Notes under the pieces: generated by a model | What the model was told of the DNA's origin: nothing | The model's input: the letters and a program-made list of their open reading frames with translations, nothing else | Databases searched by the model: none | Assembly: GCF_009914755.1 (NCBI RefSeq) | Contig: NC_060925.1 | Reading direction: 5' to 3' (one strand) | Source: the human T2T-CHM13v2.0 reference genome, Homo sapiens | Length of the DNA stretch: 64,000 nucleotides | Part shown: positions 1 through 13,870 of the stretch, piece after piece | How positions within the stretch are numbered: the first letter of the stretch is position 1 | How the letters are laid out: the number at the start of each line of letters is the position of its first letter | Made by a program: the position numbers and the translations under genes

Positions 1-102
1 CAGCACTGACTGATAGATAGACTACTGATAAACATCTCATTTGATTATCTCAACTAACTGGTGATGTTGACAGTATCTCCCCACTCAAAAATGAGGAAAC
101 TA

Positions 103-442
<340 letters not shown>

Positions 443-1331
443 CTAATGTAGAGAAAGCACAAGAAGTAGAAGAATGAATGCTATACTCTGAGGTTTTCTG
501 GGTCAAAGCTCTGGGCTCTTTCCATGCTAACGCACTGAGTGATTAGGAGTTTAATGGTGAGGGGTGAATAGATTGTAGTAATGCAAGAAATCACATACCT
601 GAAATACCAAAGCCAATGATGAGTGCAATTGCTCCAGCCAGAATAATGATGATGCTAATTATGCTACGGGAAGAGAGAGAGAAACAGAAAATTAGTTCTC
701 CATTCCTCTTGATGTGCTGCTTTGCAACTGGGGTACAAATCTGTTGTGGATAAGATGAGTTACATAAAGCATCTCAACTTTTTCTTCCACATAAGCTTGT
801 TCCTAGAAACGGGTACCTTAGAAAGGAATTTCAGCAATTCCATCCCCATCCCCCTGGGGCTCTGGGATCAATGAAAAGAGTGACCCTTGCCTCTGACTGT
901 GCCATTTACTGTCCTATTTCCAGATCAGGGAAGACCATATATGGAGACTGTTGGGGCAAGAATGATGAAAACATTTCTTTAATGCCAGGTGCCACTTGAG
1001 AAGGACTGGTCCTGTTCCCAGCCTTCCCTGAGCATCACTGTCCACTCTCTTGTGTCATTTGTCTCCCTGTCTTATCTCCTTCCATAGACTTTAAACTCCA
1101 TTAAGGACAATGGTCACATCTTCTTCACTTTGTACCCACTCACACCTCATCTACTGCACTCCGTAAGTCATCAGTGGGAGTCTGTTTTCTTTTATTAAAA
1201 AAACAAAAACAAAAACATATTTACTACAGAAAGTTTAGAAAATATAAACAAGCAAAAATGAGACAAATAAATCACCTGTAATCCCATCATCTAAATACAA
1301 CCACTGTGTTTTGATATAATCCTCACCAATT

Positions 1332-2048
1332 ATTTTTTATTTTATTTTACTTTAAGTTCTGGGATACATGTGCAGAACGTGCAGGTTCGTTACATAGGTA
1401 CACATGTGTCATGGTGGTTTGCTGCACCTATCAACCCGTCATCTAGGTTTTAAGACCTGCATGCATTATTTGTCCTAATGCCCTCCCTCCCCTTGCCCCC
1501 AGCCCCCCTGACAGGCCCCAGTGTGTGATGTTCCCCTTCCTGTATCCATGTGTTCTCATTGTTCAACTCCCATTTATGAGTGAGAACATGTGGTGTTTGG
1601 TTTTCTGTTCCTGTGTTAGTTTGCTGAGAATGATGGTTTCCAGCTTCATCCATGTTCCTGCAAAGGACATGAACTCATTCTTTTTTATGGCTGCATAGTA
1701 TTCTATGGTGTATACGTGCCACATTTTCTTTATCCAGCCTATCATTGATGGACATTTGGGTTGGTTCCAAGTCTTTGGTATTGTAAATAGTGCTGCAATA
1801 ACCACATGTGTGCATGTATCTCTATAGTAGAATGATTTATAATCCTTTGGGTATATACCCAGTAATGGGATTGCTGGGTCAAATGGTACTTCTGGTTCTA
1901 GATCCTTAAGGAATCACCACACTGTCTTCCACAATGGTTGAACTAATTTACACTCCTACCAACAGCGTAAAAGCGTTCCTATTTCTCCACAGCCTCGCCT
2001 GCATGTGTTGTTTCCTGACTTTTTAATTATCAGCATTCTAACTGGTGG
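1332..2048 (-). mobile_element. 5'-truncated L1PA7/8-like LINE-1 (3' end)
   Basis: L1 3'UTR and ORF2 C-terminus (TWNQPKCPS...ETIILSKL) on the minus strand; perfect 13-bp TSD ATCCTCACCAATT at 1319-1331 and 2049-2061. Confidence 0.93.
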
Positions 2049-2114
2049 ATCCTCACCAATTTTTAATGAACAGATTAACAAATGACACCCGGGAAACTAA
2101 ATAAACAAATAAGG

Positions 2115-2340
2115 AAGTATTGCTTACATGTACTAAGTGCTAGAATTATATGGCAGACATGTTGTTCCAACCAAGCAGCATGTATAACTTATATCAATTA
2201 TCCATTTAGTAACCTTAGGAGGAGAACAAATTTTATTGTCTCCATTTTATAGATGGGGAAGTGACACAGGGAGATTAAGCATCTTCCCTAAAGTCACACA
2301 GTTGGCAAGTGGCAGAGCAGAGATTAGAATTTGTCTCTTA
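2115..2340 (-). mobile_element. MIR SINE
   Basis: CCATTTTATAGATGGGGAAGTGA...AAGTCACACAG...GGCAGAGC core. Confidence 0.8.
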
Positions 2341-3111
2341 AATCTGTACTCAACTCCCTCCAAGTGTACCAAGGGTAGGAGCTCACCGATGGGGCGTGTC
2401 CCTTTTCTTTGCCAAGGGGAACAAGCACTCCATGAGGGGTCACCTGCTTTAGCTCGTGAGAGTGACTCAGGCAGAGCAGAAGGCATAGGTCAAAGTGGTT
2501 CCTGGGAAGCTCGCCCGTTGCTGCCTGTCCTGGCGCATACATCATCGGTCAGACGTCCTCAGCCGCCCGCTCACACGGCTGCCAATTCACACGCTCCCAA
2601 CACCCACGCTGATGTTACTCAATAGGCAGGACAAAAGAAAGGCACAGGGAGGCAAAGAACGATGCTATAGAGAGAAAAAAGAAACGCGGGGCTTTGCACT
2701 TTCTGCCCTGAATAGGCTCATTGTTCCCAGCCTCCTATGGCTCAGGAATGGGCCCACCAGACAGAAACAACAGTTCCCCTGCCGGCCAAGCCCTCATAAG
2801 GTGCAGCCACAAGGCAGCAAGCGAAGCTTTAAATAATAGGGCATCTGCTAAATTGATTCCAAGGGAGACCATATTTGGCCACTGCTCCTCTTTTCCCACA
2901 CCTCAGTGTAGCCTCAGTTCTTACTGGTCCAAGAGAGTGAGAACAGCTAGATAAAGTCATAGCGAGAGGCACCATCTGCTGTCTTTGACTACTGACACAG
3001 GCAGCCGACTTGTGTGTGGCCTAGGGTTTTCATTTACTTTGGATAAAATACTTCATCGCTCTGAGGCTTATTTTTTTGTAAAATGGGAAACAGAGTAATT
3101 CCTGCTTTACC

Positions 3112-4122
3112 TATTATAAAGGCTGCATGTGTCCCCCCCCACATTCACATGTTGAAGTCCTAACCCCAAGTACCTCAGAGTGTGCCTTTACTTACTAATG
3201 GGGTCATTGTGAGAGGTGAAGCCAGCTGGACTTCCTAGGTCGAGTGGGGGACTTGGAAAACTTTTCTGTCTGAAGGATTGTAAATGCACCAATCAGCACT
3301 CTGTAAAAATGCACCAATCAGCACTCTGTATTTAGCTAAAGGATTGTAAACGCACGGATCAGCACTCTGTAAAATGGACCAATCAGCAGGATGTGGGTGA
3401 GGCCAAATAAGGGAATAAAAGCTGGGCACCCCAGACAGCAGCGGCAAACTCCTCCGGTCCCCTTCCATGCTGTGGAAGCTTTGTTCTTTCGCTCTTCACA
3501 GTAAATCTTGCTGCTGCTCCCTCTTTGGGTCTGCACTACCTTTATGAGCTGTAACACTTACCGTGAAGGACCGCAGCTTCATTCCTGAAGTCAGAGAGAC
3601 CAGAACCCACAGGGAGGAGCAAACAACTCCGGAACAAACAACTCCGGACGCGCCACCTTTAAGAGCTGTAACACTCACCGCGAGGTCAGCGGCTTCATTC
3701 TTGAAGTCAGCAAGACCATGAACCCACCAGAAGGAATAAATTCCGGACACAATTGCAGATGTAGTTAGTTAAGGTCATACCAGAGTAGGGTAGTGGTTAA
3801 TTCCTAATCCAATATGGCTGGTGTCCTTATAAAAAGGGGAAATTTGGACACAGATGAACACACACACACACACACACACACAACACCATGTAAAGATGAA
3901 AGCAGAGATCTACAACTCAAGGAACACCAAAGGTTGCCAGCAAAACTCCAGAATCTGGGAGAGAGATGCAATGGAATCTCTTTCACTGCTCTCACAGGTA
4001 ACAAATCCTGCAGACATGTCCATCCTGGCCTCCAGCCTCTAGAGCTGAGAGATAATACATTTCCATTTCTAAGCCACCTGGTTTTCAGTACTTTGTTACA
4101 ACAGCACTAGCAAACTAATACA
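3112..4122 (+). mobile_element. MLT1B-like MaLR solo LTR (interrupted by LTR12F, itself inside a MIR)
   Basis: ATGTTGAAGTCCTAACCCC 5' part; CAAACTAATACA 3' end; MIR sequence resumes after 4122. Confidence 0.85.
3210..3751 (+). mobile_element. LTR12F-like (ERV9) solo LTR
   Basis: TGAGAGGTGAAGCCAGCTGG start, repeated CACCAATCAGCACTCTG units, GGACACA end; 4-bp TSD ATTG. Confidence 0.92.
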
Positions 4123-4779
4123 AAAAGGTTGTTTCAGGATCAAATTAGATAATAAATGTGGCATTATTCAGAAAGGGCTATTCATACACTACTTTTTACT
4201 ATAAATAAATTTTACTTATAAACTATTGCTGTAAGTTTATTATTAAAAGCTGTGACTTTTACGGGAGGGGACCTGAACAGCGACACTGAACAGATACCTG
4301 GGCCCTTGCCAAGAAGAGGGGGGACAATGGAAGTTGTGCATTTCGGCCAAAGCTCCTGAGCCCCTCCATCACACCAGGCCCACGTTTCCCTCGCTGTGAA
4401 AACAACCCTGCCATCTGTCACCAAATTCCCTATCAGGGCAGGAATCACCGTGAGGTTTGTTCTGAGCTAGTATTCCCTTGGGAAACAATTCAACTTCCAG
4501 AGCCTTGGAAAGAGAAGCAGGAACTACCAGAGCAGCTAAATTAATTCTTGCCTATTGCTTATTAATTTTTTAGAAAGATGAAAAAAATATTTCACTTCAG
4601 GGGTTCTTACATTGCTTTCTGATCTTTGCTTTCCCCTCAATGGTTTCCAATAACTATGCTGCAGGAAATTTTTAATGCAAAACTATGTCTTCTAACCACT
4701 GCATTGGGATTCACAGTGTACTTTTGGTACCCACTCATTACAAAAGGGCCCAAATAAAAATCAATGCTTTTGGAGGACT

Positions 4780-4970
4780 TGCTCATTCAGTAAACATTTA
4801 TTAAGTACTTACTATGTGAAAGACATAGTGCTAGTCAATATGAAAGAAATGGAGAGATGATATAAACAAGGTCCCTGCCCTCAAGAAGCTTATAGTTAAA
4901 CTGACGTGACATACACACAAACCTTTGTAATAATCTGAGGCAGAATGTGATCAGGGCTTTAGTAAAGAAA
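4780..4970 (-). mobile_element. L2 3' fragment
   Basis: CATTTATTAAGTACTTACTATGTG...GTCCCTGCCCTCAAGAAGCTTATAG. Confidence 0.7.
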
Positions 4971-4976
4971 TGAACA

Positions 4977-5213
4977 GGCCAGGCGCGGTGACTCACGGCT
5001 GTAATCCCAGCACTTTGGGAGGCCGAGGCGGGCGGATTACCTGAGGTCAGGAGTTCAAGACCAGCCCGGCCAACATGGTGAAACCCTGTCTCTACTAAAG
5101 ATACAAAAATTAGCTGGGCGTGGTGGCAAGTGCCTGTAATCCCAGCTACTCGGGAGGCTGGGGCAGGAGAATTGCTTGAGCCCGGGAGGTGGAGATTACA
5201 ATGAGCCAAGATC
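4977..5213 (+). mobile_element. AluS (Sx/Sz-like), 3'-truncated, no A-tail
   Basis: Alu match stops abruptly at GAGCCAAGATC. Confidence 0.9.
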
Positions 5214-6101
5214 TAGGGAGGTAGGAAGAATTTAAACCCAGGGGAAACAGAGATAATCAAAGTGCATTTCCATGAACAAATTTCAAAGAAAGTGAAGAAA
5301 AAGGCTTTATTCAGAAATATATTGAGCTGATCCATGCTGTTACACACTCTCTGTCCAAGGCAGAAACACACAGAAAAGGTATTATTTCTGCTGCACTGGG
5401 GGTGCAGGGGGTCAGGATCTAAGCATTGCACTTTAGTGCTCTGGGCTGTGGGCTGGGAAGGTGCTTTCAGAGGCTGCAGAACCCAGAGCCTTCCAGGTGA
5501 AGGAGCAGCTTTGCAGCCTGGAATTCTGTCTCCATTCCTGAGGAGGGCCTGGTTCGATTCCCTCACATGCCTGCTTCAGCTGCTGCTGCCTTCTGCAGCA
5601 TGTGAAAGAAATTGGGCCTTTGTTAAAACATATGCACATTCCTGAAAAGCCTCACATTCACAATAAAGGTAACAGGCCTTATGGGGGAAAATAGGCTTAA
5701 AGGCAGAGCGCTCGAAACCTATGCGACTTTGTAATTAGTCTACTAACAGAAACAATAACTAGTACCTCGGGAGATAACTTAGACAGACAAGGCAGGCACT
5801 CAGTAGGGCCAGAAACTACTTCAGGGGATATAAAAAATGCACAGATATAATAAAATAAACACTCCCGCTGCTGGGTGCTGTGAGCCGGCGTGGTCGCTGT
5901 GAAGCGGATGTGCAGCCTAGGACACGCAAGGGTAGGATGTACTTCTCTGGAGAGGGAGCCCCGTGTGCAGATGTTCATTCAAAAAAATTCTTTTTCATAA
6001 AATAAAAATAGAACTGAAAGCCATGCTAAGCTTTTCCCACTGAAGTTCTCATTCTATTCTGCTATTTCAACTCTCCTTGCTTTGAAAGAAAAGGCATGTG
6101 A

Positions 6102-6577
<476 letters not shown>

Positions 6578-6639
6578 TAAACAACCTTTCATTTATCAGA
6601 GGTCCATGGCATGGCATAACAAGAGCCGATGCTTATCAG

Positions 6640-6840
6640 GCATAATGCCTCATTATATTGTTTCTCATTCAACCCTACAGCAACCCCATGAGGTAAGTAC
6701 TACTCTCATTACCTTTTTACATGTGGGGAAACTGAGGCTTAGCTTAAGTAACAGATGAAGCTGTCACAGCTGGAAGGTGGGAATGTCAGGTCTCAATTTG
6801 AGGGTGTATGACTTACAGACTTGAGGTCTTAACTACATGC
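6640..6840 (-). mobile_element. MIR
   Basis: GGGGAAACTGAGGCTTAG core. Confidence 0.75.
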
Positions 6841-7281
6841 TATACTTCTAGAAAAAGTGGCAGGAGGCCTCATGTTTGGAAGGCTCCTGTCACCTCCTCG
6901 AGCACCTTTTCTAAAAACAAGAGCTTTCTGGATCTGCTACACAGTGTGGAAAGCTCAAAATGCTCAGTCTGGAAAACATAAAATGCTTTTTGTTTTATTC
7001 AAACATGAATGGTTTCTATGTTCTCGAGTTTCTGCCTCCTTCTCAAATACTAACAGAACTGGGAGATACCACATTCCTTATAGATCATTAGTTTAGCTCC
7101 ACTCGTGTGATTGATAAATGTTTAAAACCCTGAAAACTAGATTAGTTTTGCAAATGTGTGATTTATTTGAATATACCAAGGAGGATATTTGAGTAAATCA
7201 AGTTGCAGCAAACATATTACATTGTTCACAAACCAACGAGGTGACTAGGTTTATAAAGAATGCTGAAATTAAAGACATTTA

Positions 7282-7746
<465 letters not shown>

Positions 7747-8409
7747 CTAGATATTGATTAGCATAGGTTTCAGGTTTCTGAGAAGCTTAGATTGTTGTCT
7801 ACTCCAGTTTTTGCTTTGCTGAAGAATTCAAGGTGTAGAGTATGTTTCCTGGCCTCTACCCCTCTCCCTGTATCTCTTTATACTGGTAAAGTCAAGGCTG
7901 GCTTTGGTCCAGGAAACCGAGAGCAGAAGCATCAGGAATGGTGAGTGCAGGCTTGAGGAGAACTTTGCAATGAGGAGGAGTCATTATGTGGGGCTTGAGG
8001 GGTGTGTGTGGAAGAGACAGGACATCCTTTCTGGGCAGCCCCTGCTCCATCAACATGGCAGCAGATGGCCAGGCTTTGTATTTGGGAAAGGAATTTTGGG
8101 GAATTGCATATAAGAGACTTGGCTGCTGTTGAGTATCAGGTTGAAGCATCCTCTTTTCTTTCTAGCTACCCCCAAGAATCACAGCACAGTTTAGTGGATT
8201 CTTCCAAAGCACAGGACCCAGAATTAAATCATGACCTGGGTCCCAACACTGTAAAACTAGGGTAATATGGCTGGCAGAAAGATTTCATCTTGTATGCCAA
8301 CAATCATTTGAATGACTGGTAGTGGTGGCTTAGAATATTGTGTTGAAAAAGACTGCAAGATTGCCTCTGTGCTCACAGGGAAGAGTGCCACCACTAATGA
8401 GTGTTTTCT

Positions 8410-9381
<972 letters not shown>

Positions 9382-9611
9382 TTATGAATGTTTTCTAAGT
9401 GAGCACGTGGGCCCTGTGTATTCCATCCCTGGGTTAGCAGAAACACATGAAAGGAGGCTTTAATTCACTGCTAGCTACAAAACCACGGGAATCTCAGGCT
9501 AATTTAATAGCAATGTAGTGGCGGTACAATAGCAATGTTAGCTGACACTCATCCATGCACATTTTTGGCCCACACTTTAAAAAGAACACTGATTAACATG
9601 CATACTTAGAA

Positions 9612-9802
9612 CAGGGTTTCTCAAACTCCGTACTACGAACTATTTGTGCTAGATAATTCTTTGTTATTGGGGGTCATCCTGTGCACTGTAGCATGTTTAG
9701 CAGCATTCCTGGCCTGTAACTTCCAGATACCAGTACTGACACTACCCTTGCTGTGTCGACCAAAAATGTTTCCAGACGTGTCACCCCAGCTGAGAACCAC
9801 TG
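9612..9802 (-). mobile_element. MER20 (hAT-Charlie) DNA transposon
   Basis: TIRs CAGGGTTTCTCAA / TGAGAACCACTG; 8-bp TSD A(C/T)TTAGAA. Confidence 0.88.
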
Positions 9803-9849
9803 ATTTAGAAGAAGGGAAATCAGGGCGGTGATATGACTGGAAATCATGT

Positions 9850-10185
9850 TTTTTGAAAAATAGTTGAGGGAACTAGGGTGGTTTAATTTGAAGAAGACTA
9901 AATATAGTGATATCATTTCAGTATTTGAAAGGTGGTGTTTGGCCTGTTCTCCATCACTCTGGAGGAAGAAACAGAGGCACTGAGTGAAAGTTCTAGGAGA
10001 TTAGATTTAGACTCAAAATACTTTGGAGAAACTTTCCAACAGAGCTCGCGGAGACTGGCCTGCAAATGCATGTGCAAGCAGGGCCTGGGTAAACACACAG
10101 GGGGTGGGAAAAGTTTCTAGTACCAGATAAAGCTTCAAACAATTTTGAAAGGCCCTTTCAAATAATTAGTTACATGATTCTGTAA
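9850..10185 (+). mobile_element. L3/CR1 3' fragment
   Basis: Degenerate CR1 3' motifs ending ATGATTCTGT. Confidence 0.55.
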
Positions 10186-10264
10186 TTTGATATTCCCTGG
10201 GATTTGCTCTGGCCTTGGCTTTGTCTGCACATGCCTCCTAAAACCTTTGTTAATCATATAAGAA

Positions 10265-10480
10265 TGATAGCTAATATTTATCTGAGTACACTGCCTCATC
10301 GATCTAATCTAATCCCTATGACGACCTACGGAGATAGATACTATTATCTTTGTTTTATAGATGAGGAAGCTGAGGCCTAATGTTAAGTAATTCCCCTGAG
10401 GACTCAGTCCTGGGAAATTAAAGAGAGCAGGATTAGACTCAGGTCTCAGATGCCATCATCGTTGGTCTTAACCATTATCC
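10265..10480 (-). mobile_element. MIR
   Basis: TTTTATAGATGAGGAAGCTGAGGC core. Confidence 0.75.
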
Positions 10481-11626
10481 CATATTTTATATTAATCAAA
10501 AGACTTGTAAATCTTGGGATTCGAATCAGTGGCTAGGCTTGTGTTTGTACAGTTGTAACTGATGGAAGGACAGCACATACAATCTTACATAGATTGAAAA
10601 AAATTTCTCTCCCCCCCAGGAAGTGTCTTTCATTTGGGACTCTGGAAGGAAAACTGGAGGGGGCATGAGTATCAGGTGGAAAATTTCACACTGTTAACAA
10701 ATAGACACCTTTCCTTAAACCGTATTTGAGTTTGCAGCAAAGCCATTCTATATTATTCTTAAGCCTGTCCTATTTATAGCATCACCCTGATTGCCATAAG
10801 CATGTATTAGCATTTCTTCATCATCCTTGTGCACACTATTTTTCACTGGTACAAGCAGAGCGAGACAAAAGGCAATGTAAGGTTGATTACCAGTCCTTTT
10901 CGTAATCATACCTGTGTTTCCTGCTCCTCCTTATTCTCACTGCAGAGAAAAAAACATTTCCACAAGATTCCTTCAGCAGCATAACTGATCCCATTGTACT
11001 GAATAACAAACACACTCCAAACCTTTCATGACCCTCCCACAAAGGGCCTGTACTGTTAGAAAAGCTGAGTATCCCATAAGCAGTCTCTGCCATGTGAACA
11101 AAAACAGCCTAATTGTCTGTCTTCCAAAGTGGAGGTTAAGAGAGATTGCAGGGGTGCTCACAGCACCTGGGTGGGATCTGGCTGCTAATGAACACTTCTT
11201 TTCATGGTTGGCTGTTGTCCTGGCTGCTGTCCATTCACCAACTCCTCCCCACCATAATCTTGGCATCCCCTTGCTCTCCCCGCCTCTCTCCACTTCTGCT
11301 CACCTCTCCTCCTCCAGCCCAGCCATAGATAAGGGCAGGAGCACTGCTCAGGGACAGCCTGATCATTTCTGGAATGGATGCAACAAAAAGAAGCTGCTGC
11401 TATTCCTCCCCTTATCCACTCTACAGAGAACCCGGCATTTCCTAATGGGGGCTCCACAGGAGCAGGAGACATGAACAGTTGGGCAACACTGCAATTCATC
11501 CTATACCTGCCTCCAGATTCAACACGACTTTTTCCACAGGGCTATCGTGAGGGTCCAAAGAAACAAACTCTTCCTTACAAAATGTAAATATTAGCTGTTA
11601 TTTTAAAACTATAAATGTTAATTCTT

Positions 11627-11760
11627 GGCTAGGAGTGGTGGTTCATGCCTGTAGTCCTAACACTTTGGGAGGCCAAGGTGGGAGAATTGCTCGAGGCCAG
11701 GAGTTGGAAACTAGCCTGGGCAACATAGTGAGACCCTGTCTTTACAAAAAAAAAAAAAAA
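11627..11760 (+). mobile_element. FLAM (free left Alu monomer)
   Basis: Single Alu arm followed by an A-tail. Confidence 0.85.
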
Positions 11761-12301
11761 GTAAATGCTTATTTTTACTTTTCACTATTCCCAAATTTAA
11801 GTAACTCCTGATTGCTTATGAAAGTTCAAACTGTTCTTGACTGGTGGTCATGGAAAAGAAAAAGGAAAGTTGAAACTGATCCTAGAATTTAAGACCACCT
11901 TTAAATGCACCGAGCTATTTTTCTAACCCTTCTCCCTTTAGGAATCCCTGTATTCTCATCAGACTGTTCACTGCCCAGTTGCTCTCTGCTTAGAACACCC
12001 TTCCACCTCTTCCCAGGTAATGAGAAGCAGGCCCATCCAGAGCCTAGCTCAGCTCTGACCTGCCTCAGGCTCCTTCCTGAGGGCCAGCCCAGAACGTGCC
12101 CTCCCTTCTCTTTTTTAAATGGATTTAAGGGAGTGGGAAGGCAGGTGAACCTCAGGAGGCTGAACATGTGTGAAGACAAGAGGAGGAAGTGCTTGAGTGG
12201 CACTAAGGTTTGAGACAGGAGCTGGGAGGGGGAACTAGGCCCCAAAAGAGCTGAGAGGAAGAACAGGGCAGGCTCCCTGTGAGGGACGTGCATTTCAGCG
12301 A

Positions 12302-12365
12302 GGTCATCAGTCAGTGTGGTCATCAGTCAGCGTGGTCATCAGTCACCCTGGTCATCAGTCACCGT
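12302..12365. repeat. 4 x 16-bp tandem repeat (GGTCATCAGTCASYST)
   Basis: Units at 12302, 12318, 12334 and 12350. Confidence 0.95.
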
Positions 12366-13619
12366 GATCTGGGCCTCAGGCAGATGGATGGCCTGACAGG
12401 GAGAGTGAGCTGTAATCTAGATTACCTTTGCAACACCCTAAAGCCACCGTGACTGTTTTGAATTTCATTCCTTTTCTTGCCTTCAGGAAACCTGTGCCTG
12501 TCACTGAAGAGATTCAGAGAAGCACTTGGGCTGGCTGCTTCTCGGAAAGCCTAGCCCTGGGATCAGTGCACTGTTTATTCATTAATAAAGCTGGAAACAA
12601 GTACGTCTATTGCCCTCAGAGCTTCTCTCTACGAAAGCCCATACACCTGTCTTAGGCAGTCTGATTTCTCTATGTACAATGTCATATTTGTACACTCCAA
12701 GTCTTCTGTCATCCACTATCTTTATTTTATAATGGCAGAAAGTCCTCCCAGTGAAAAGCAGACCACTGTATCCTAGAAGTAAGTAGAGGATGTATTGTTC
12801 AGTCTTCCAAAAGATCTACCAGGAGTTCCAATGCAAATCCTCGCCTGCTGGGACCTACATTCTCATATTTTAGACTGGGCCCCAGTTCTGTAGGTGTAGC
12901 TATGTAGAGCTTGTGAGAATTTAGGTATGAAAATCAGGCTGCCAGACCCACCCCTTGAGGGCCTGGCTTGCCTGAGCAATTTCCCGGCTGCAGCCCCTGC
13001 GGCTGCTCTGGTACCATAACAACCCTTGCCTGCCTATGTCAAGGGGCATTCTGAAACCCAAGGCAGGGAGACACTCCCTGTCCTAGGGTGGAGGCAACCT
13101 TATGTAGAACCCTTCTGTGGTCCTGACCATCTGTAGCAGACACAAAGGAAGCTTCCCAGGCCTTCCAGCCTGGAATCTGTAGTTTTCTTACTCCCTGGAG
13201 CTGCCTTCAACACAGGGCCTGCCTCGTGATTTCAGATTCTGTTACTTGGTCTTTTCTCTCTGGTCCAGCCTGACTTCCAGGGCACCAGTCTTAGTTTTCT
13301 TCTATAGATTTCAACATTCCCCTGGTAGAGACTCCCAACCTGATGCTATGTGCTGTGTCCTGTACCTACCCCACCTTTGGTTGCCATTCTGACCCACTGA
13401 AGCCCAGGGCCTGACACTGACCTGGAGATGGGCTACGGAGCTCTTATGAATCACAAGATGTCTGTTTTATTTTCTAAGCCTTCTATACATTCTGATACCA
13501 TTTTTTAAAGAAAAAGAATAAGATTAAAATATAAAGTATTGATTTAAGCATAGAAAGCGAAGAAAGCATACTAAACCTGAAAGTTTGAATAAAAATATAA
13601 GCTCAAGAAGATTTTATAT

Positions 13620-13870
13620 AAACCTGTGACTACTTTCTCCCATCTCCCGTCACCTCCACACTCCATCCATTCTAAACCACTCTGGGTCCCTGACTACGCC
13701 AGGCTGCTTCTTGCCTCCATGCCTTCGTTCCTATTATTTTTCAAGTTCTTGGAACATGCAAGGAACTTACCAAATGCTTGTTGAATAAATGCCCCACCTT
13801 ACAGACTGCTTCCCTTGGAGCGTCTAGCACATAGTCTTTAAAATATGTTGAATTAATGAATAAATAAATA
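13620..13870 (+). mobile_element. L2 fragments
   Basis: L2 3'-end motifs AAATGCTTGTTGAATAAATG and ATGTTGAATTAATGAAT. Confidence 0.6.

Noticed and set aside
12302-12365. Short repeats with variable ends as a CRISPR-like array
   Set aside because: Contiguous 16-bp units with no unique spacers, no cas genes, and a human context.
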